From: an uncultured Gammaproteobacteria bacterium | GTDB lineage: Bacteria; Pseudomonadota; Gammaproteobacteria; Steroidobacterales; Steroidobacteraceae | Reading direction: 5' to 3' | Length of the DNA stretch: 64,000 nt | NCBI GenBank assembly: GCA_963764065.1 | Contig: CAVXRM010000001.1 | Coordinates: 58-64,057, forward strand | In this document: positions 59,537-64,000 of the stretch, in pieces | Layout: each line of letters opens with the position of its first letter | Position numbering within the stretch: position 1 is the stretch's first letter | Program-made: the position numbers and the translations under genes | Notes under the pieces: model-generated | Seen by the model: only the letters and a program-made list of their open reading frames with translations | The model's database searches: none | What the model was told of the DNA's origin: nothing

Positions 59537-60667
59537 ATGTTCAAGCATCGTTCCAATGTCGTGACGCCACCGTTCTGGGCGGCCATGATCCTGGCTGCAC
59601 TGCTGCTGCCCGGCCGGGCACGCCGAGCGCGTCAAGGACCTCGCCAGCGTCGCCGGCGTGCGCGGCAACCAGCTGGTGGGCTACGGCCTCGTGGTGGGCC
59701 TCGATGGCACGGGCGACCAGACCAGCCAGGCGCCGTTCACCGTGCAGAGCATCATCAACATGCTGGCCAAGTTCGGCGTGACCATTCCGGCCAACGTCAA
59801 TCCGCAGCTGAAGAATGTGGCCGCGGTCACCGTGACCGCCGACCTGCCGGCCTTCTCCAAGGCCGGCCAGACCATCGACGTGACCGTGGCTTCGATCGGC
59901 AACGCCAGCAGCCTGCGCGGTGGCACGCTGCTGATGACGCCGCTGCGCGGCGTCGACGGCGAGGTCTACGCGATGGCGCAGGGCAGTGTGATGGTCAGCG
60001 GGTTTCGGTGTCAGCGGCAAGGACGGTTCGCGCGTCAGCGTCAACGTGCCCAGCGGCGGCCGCGTGCCCAATGGCGCGACGGTCGAGCGCGAAGTGCACA
60101 GCGACTTCAATGCCACGCCCTTCGTGGTGCTCAACCTCAACACGCCGGACTTCACCACCGCCACGCGACTGACCAGCGGGATCAACGCGCTGCTGGGTGA
60201 AGGCACGGCAACCGCGCTCGATGCCGTCTCGGTGCGTGTGTCCGCGCCCGCTGACCGAGACCGCGCATCGGCTTCATCTCGGCGCTCGAGGAAATGGAGA
60301 TCGAGCCGGGCGAGGCGCCGGCGCGCGTGATCATCAATTCACGCACCGGCACCGTGGTGATCGGCTCGCATGTGCGCGTGATGCCGGCTGCGGTTGCGCA
60401 CGGTTCGCTGTCGGTGACCATCACGCGAACGCGAGGACGTCAGCCAGCCCAATGCCTTTGCGTCGGGCACCACCGTGACTTACGCCGCGCAGCGATATCT
60501 CGATCGAGCAGCCGCCGGCACGCATGTTCGTGTTCAACGCCGGCGTCGATCTCAACGAGATCGTGCGCGCCGTGAACCAGGTGGGCGCGGCGCCGGGTGA
60601 CCTGGTGGCGATACTCGAGGCACTGAAGGAAGCCGGCGCGCTGCGCGCCGAGCTGATGGTCATCTGA
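59537..60667 (+). pseudogene. flgI: flagellar P-ring protein FlgI, 5 frameshifts
   Basis: Pieces in the frames of ORFs 59537, 59658, 60046 and 60294 plus a terminal frame spell a complete FlgI (…[37 protein letters not shown]). Confidence 0.85.
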
Positions 60668-60699
60668 GCGCCGGATCGATCCGCTGCGCGTTCACGCCC

Positions 60700-61670
60700 A
60701 TGAGTTCCGCTCCCGTCAACACCAGCTACTACGCCGACTTCGGGCGCATGGAGGCGTTGAAGCAAGACGGCCCGCGCAGGACCAGCCGGCGGCAATACGC
60801 GAGGCTGCGCGCCAGTTCGAAAGCCTGTTCACACACATGCTGCTCAAGAGCATGCGTGAGGCCAACCTCGGCGAGGGGCTGGGCGACAGCGAGCAGACGC
60901 AGTTCTACCAGGACATGTTCGACCAGCAGCTCTCAGTGCAGATGTCGCAGGGCAAGGGCCTCGGGCTCGCCGAGCGCCTGGTGCAGCAGCTGCAACGCAC
61001 GGGGCTGACGCCGACTACGGCGGCAGAGGCCCCGCCCGCGGGCACCGCCGCGGGTACGATCGCGAGTCCGGCAGCGAGTCCGGCAGCGGGCGCGACGGGC
61101 GCCGCCAGTGCCGGCGGCAACACGCCGCCCACCGCAAATCTTACGCACACGCAATTCATCAACGGCATCTGGCCCTATGCGGAGCAGGCCGCCAAACGCA
61201 TTGGTGTCGCCATCGAAACCGTGATCGCGCACGCCGCGCTCGAGACCGGCTGGGGACGTCACCTGCCCGCGGCCGGCACTGCGGCGGCGACTGCAGACGG
61301 CAACAATCTCTTTGGCATCAAGGCGGGCAACGGCTGGCGCGGCACTTCCGGTGATTCGGCCACCACGGAGTATGTGCGTGGCAGCGCGAGCACAGTGCAG
61401 GCGCCGTTTCGCAGCTACGCCTCGATCGCCGCCGGCTTCAACGACTACGCTGACCTGTTGACCGGCAATCCGCGCTTCGCCACCGCGCTCAACCAGGGCA
61501 ACGATGCGGCGGCTTTTGCACAGGGCCTGCAGCGCGGCGGCTACGCCACCGATCCGGCTTATGTCCACAAGCTGGTGGCGACGGTCGGTGCGGTGCGCGA
61601 GCTCACTGCACATCCGGCGCTCAAGAACGCAGCAGCACTGCCGACATCTACCGGCGCAGGCACCGCCTGA
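60700..61670 (+). pseudogene. flgJ: flagellar rod assembly protein/muramidase FlgJ, one frameshift near 60773
   Basis: The N-terminal rod-binding part (AAIREAARQFESLFTHMLLKSMR) needs a frame change. The C-terminal glucosaminidase domain (NNLFGIKA...TEY) is intact. Confidence 0.85.
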
Positions 61671-61706
61671 TGAACAGTTACCGGAACCGCCGGTGCGGGA
61701 GTCGCA

Positions 61707-63605
61707 ATGGCTGACATGCTCACTACGGGCGTTTCCGGGCTACTCGCTTTCCAGCGATCGCTCGATACGACCAGTCATAATATCGCCAACGCCAGCACCG
61801 AGGGCTACAGCCGGCAGCGCGCCGAGCTCATTGCCCGGCCGGCCGACGCCCTTGGCATCGGCTGGGTCGGCACCGGCGTTGACGTAGCCACCGTGCGCCG
61901 CATGTACGACGACGTGCTGGCGGGCCAGGCGCGCGGCGCCGGCAGCAATTTTCAGCAGCTCGATACCGTCAGCACCTACGCCGGGCGACTCGACAACCTG
62001 TTCAGTGACACCGGTACCGGACTGGCGACCACGCTGCAGAAATTCATCAACTCGGTGCAGGCGGTGGCGGATGCGCCGGCGTCCATCACTTCGCGACAGG
62101 TGCTATTGAGCCAGGCCGGCGCACTGACCGACCGGCTCAAGAGCTACAACGCCACCCTCGACAGCATCAGCACTCAATTGAGTTCGCAGCTGAGCAGCGA
62201 GGCGAGCACGATCTCAACGATAGCCAGCAACATTGCCGCGCTCAACCAGCGCATCGTGGCCGCCCAGGGCGTCAACGAGCAACCGGCCAATGACCTGCTC
62301 GATCAGCGCGACAAACTGCTCAGTGACCTGGCCACGCACGTCACGGTCAGCACCGTGACGCAGAGCGACGGTTCCCTGAACGTCTTCATCGGCAGTGGCC
62401 AGGTGCTGGTGATGAATAGCGCAGCCGCCAAGCTCACGGTCGGCGGTGACCAGTATTCCCCCACGCGCACGCGCCTGCTGCTGCAGAATCCGACCGGCGC
62501 GGTGGACATCACCGACGCCGTGAGCGGCGGCAAAGTGGGCGGATTGCTGCAATTTCGCAGCGAAATGCTCGACCCGACGCGCAACACGGTCGGCCAGGCG
62601 GCGGTCACGCTCGCCAGCCTGGTCAACAGCCAGCAGGCCGCGGGCCTGGACCTGCGCGGCCAGATCGGCAGCGCCATGTTCGCGGTCGGTGGCGTCGCAG
62701 TCAGTCCTTCGAATCTCAATGCGGGCAGCGCAACGGCCAGTGTGACGCGCAGCGATCCCACCGCGCTCACCACCGCCGACTACCAGCTGCTCTACAACGG
62801 CAGCGCCTGGCAGCTCAGTCGTACCGATACCGGCGCCGCCATCGCCATGAGCGGCACCGGTACCGCCCTCGATCCCTTCGTCGGCGACGGCCTGTCGATC
62901 GTGCTGAGTGGCGCGCCACAGGCGGGTGACCGGCTGCTGATCGAGCCGACCCGTGCCGCGGTCGCCGGCATGTCGGTGCTGTTGAACCAGCCGGAAAAAG
63001 TTGCCGCGGCCGCACCGCTGCTCACCAGCAGCGCCGCTGCCAACAGCGGCAGCGCCAGCATCGATGCCGGTTCGGTGCCGGACACCGCGGCCTGGGTACG
63101 CGGCGACTACACCCTGAGCTTCAACACCGCCACCACCTGGCAGGTCACCGACGCCGCCAGCACCGTTATTGCCAGCGGCAGCTACAGCTCCGGCACGCCG
63201 ATCAGTTTCAACGGCATCCAGGTCGCCGTCAGTGGTGCGGTGGCCAGCGGCGACAGTTTCCAGATCAAGGACAACGCCAGCGGCAGCGGCGACAATCGCA
63301 ATGCGCTGCAGATCGCGGCGCTGCTGACCAAGCCGATTCTCAATGGCGCGACGGTGTCGCTCAGTGACACCGTGGGTCGCCTGGTCGGCAACATCGGCGT
63401 GCAGACCAGCCAGGCGCAGAGCGGCCGCGATGCGCAGCAGCTGGTGATGAACGATGCCAACACCGCGCTGAGCAACCTCTCCGGCGTCAACCTCGACGAG
63501 GAGGCGGCCAACCTGGTGCGCTACCAGCAGGCCTATCAGGCCGCCGCCAAGGTGATCAGCGTCGCCAACAGCCTGTTCCAGTCCCTGCTCGATGCCACCA
63601 GGTAA
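61707..63605 (+). CDS. flgK: flagellar hook-associated protein 1 FlgK
   Basis: 632 aa and intact. N-terminal SHNIANASTEGYSRQR and C-terminal EEAANLVRYQQAYQAAAKV. Confidence 0.9.
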   Translation: MADMLTTGVSGLLAFQRSLDTTSHNIANASTEGYSRQRAELIARPADALGIGWVGTGVDVATVRRMYDDVLAGQARGAGSNFQQLDTVSTYAGRLDNLFSDTGTGLATTLQKFINSVQAVADAPASITSRQVLLSQAGALTDRLKSYNATLDSISTQLSSQLSSEASTISTIASNIAALNQRIVAAQGVNEQPANDLLDQRDKLLSDLATHVTVSTVTQSDGSLNVFIGSGQVLVMNSAAAKLTVGGDQYSPTRTRLLLQNPTGAVDITDAVSGGKVGGLLQFRSEMLDPTRNTVGQAAVTLASLVNSQQAAGLDLRGQIGSAMFAVGGVAVSPSNLNAGSATASVTRSDPTALTTADYQLLYNGSAWQLSRTDTGAAIAMSGTGTALDPFVGDGLSIVLSGAPQAGDRLLIEPTRAAVAGMSVLLNQPEKVAAAAPLLTSSAAANSGSASIDAGSVPDTAAWVRGDYTLSFNTATTWQVTDAASTVIASGSYSSGTPISFNGIQVAVSGAVASGDSFQIKDNASGSGDNRNALQIAALLTKPILNGATVSLSDTVGRLVGNIGVQTSQAQSGRDAQQLVMNDANTALSNLSGVNLDEEAANLVRYQQAYQAAAKVISVANSLFQSLLDATR

Positions 63606-63610
63606 CCGCC

Positions 63611-64000
63611 ATGCGCATTGCCACTGCAACCATGTATCAACTCGCCACGCAGGCGCTGCTCAGCCAGCAGGCGGCGCTGGCGAAATCCCAGAACCAGGTC
63701 GCCACCGGCAAGCGCGTGCAGACGCCCTCGGACGATCCGGTGGCTGCCGTGCAGCTGCACGAGCTGGCGCGCGCGCAATCGGAGAACCAGCAGTACGACA
63801 AGAACAGCACTGCCGTCACCGGGCGACTGCAGCTCGAGGAGCAGGCGCTGGCCGATGCGGGCACGGTATTGCAGCGCGCCCGTGAGCTGGTGGTGCAGGC
63901 CAATACGGCCACCCTGAGCGACGGCGATCGCAAGTCCATCGCCACCGAACTCCAGGCGCGGCTCGATGAGCTGCTCAGCATCGGCAATCGCCAGGACTCC
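63611..64000 (+). CDS. flgL: flagellar hook-associated protein 3 FlgL (5' partial in window, runs off the right edge)
   Basis: MRIATATMYQLATQALLSQQAALAKSQNQVATGKRVQTPSDDPVAA. The frame stays open to the window end. Confidence 0.85.
   Translation, partial: MRIATATMYQLATQALLSQQAALAKSQNQVATGKRVQTPSDDPVAAVQLHELARAQSENQQYDKNSTAVTGRLQLEEQALADAGTVLQRARELVVQANTATLSDGDRKSIATELQARLDELLSIGNRQDS

Noticed and set aside
62214-63629. 471-aa minus-strand ORF
   Set aside because: Antisense to intact flgK.

Overview
High-GC gammaproteobacterial chromosome segment. Gene content and order look Xanthomonadales-like (Rhodanobacter/Dyella/Xanthomonas); that taxonomic call is inference only. There are three blocks.

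(1) 1 to ~7.0 kb is visibly less GC-rich. It is the distal part of an integron gene-cassette array: 12 attC sites of 84-126 bp, each ending one small plus-strand cassette. Cassettes include a COQ7-like hydroxylase, RDD protein, LprI/DUF1311, a BrnT/BrnA toxin-antitoxin pair, GNAT and several secreted unknowns. intI/attI would lie left of the window.

(2) 7-52.6 kb is core and accessory chromosome. It holds cupin, PBP4, Dcp peptidase, SDR, a LytS/LytTR two-component pair, a TonB-dependent receptor, a YceH/VOC/FKBP run, a GGDEF protein, GAF, two GSTs, an M48 protease, rhodanese, PAP2, nitroreductase, dodecin, DUF481, UppP, a MarR-MFS module, DMT, MgtC, DsbA and an amidohydrolase. The outstanding feature is a ~7.1 kb minus-strand gene (18935-26138) for a secreted protein with about 74 CxxCH haem-binding motifs. 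It is built largely from 660-bp tandem modules of 7 haems each and is broken by a single frameshift.

(3) 52.6-64 kb is the flagellar cluster flgN-flgM-flgA / flgBCDEFGHIJKL, with recognisable sigma54 (flgB) and sigma28 (flgM) promoters. flgE to flgJ carry about 25 single-base frameshifts in 4.3 kb, while flgBCD and flgK are intact.

No rRNA, tRNA or CRISPR was found. All function calls come from reading motifs in the translations; no database search was run.
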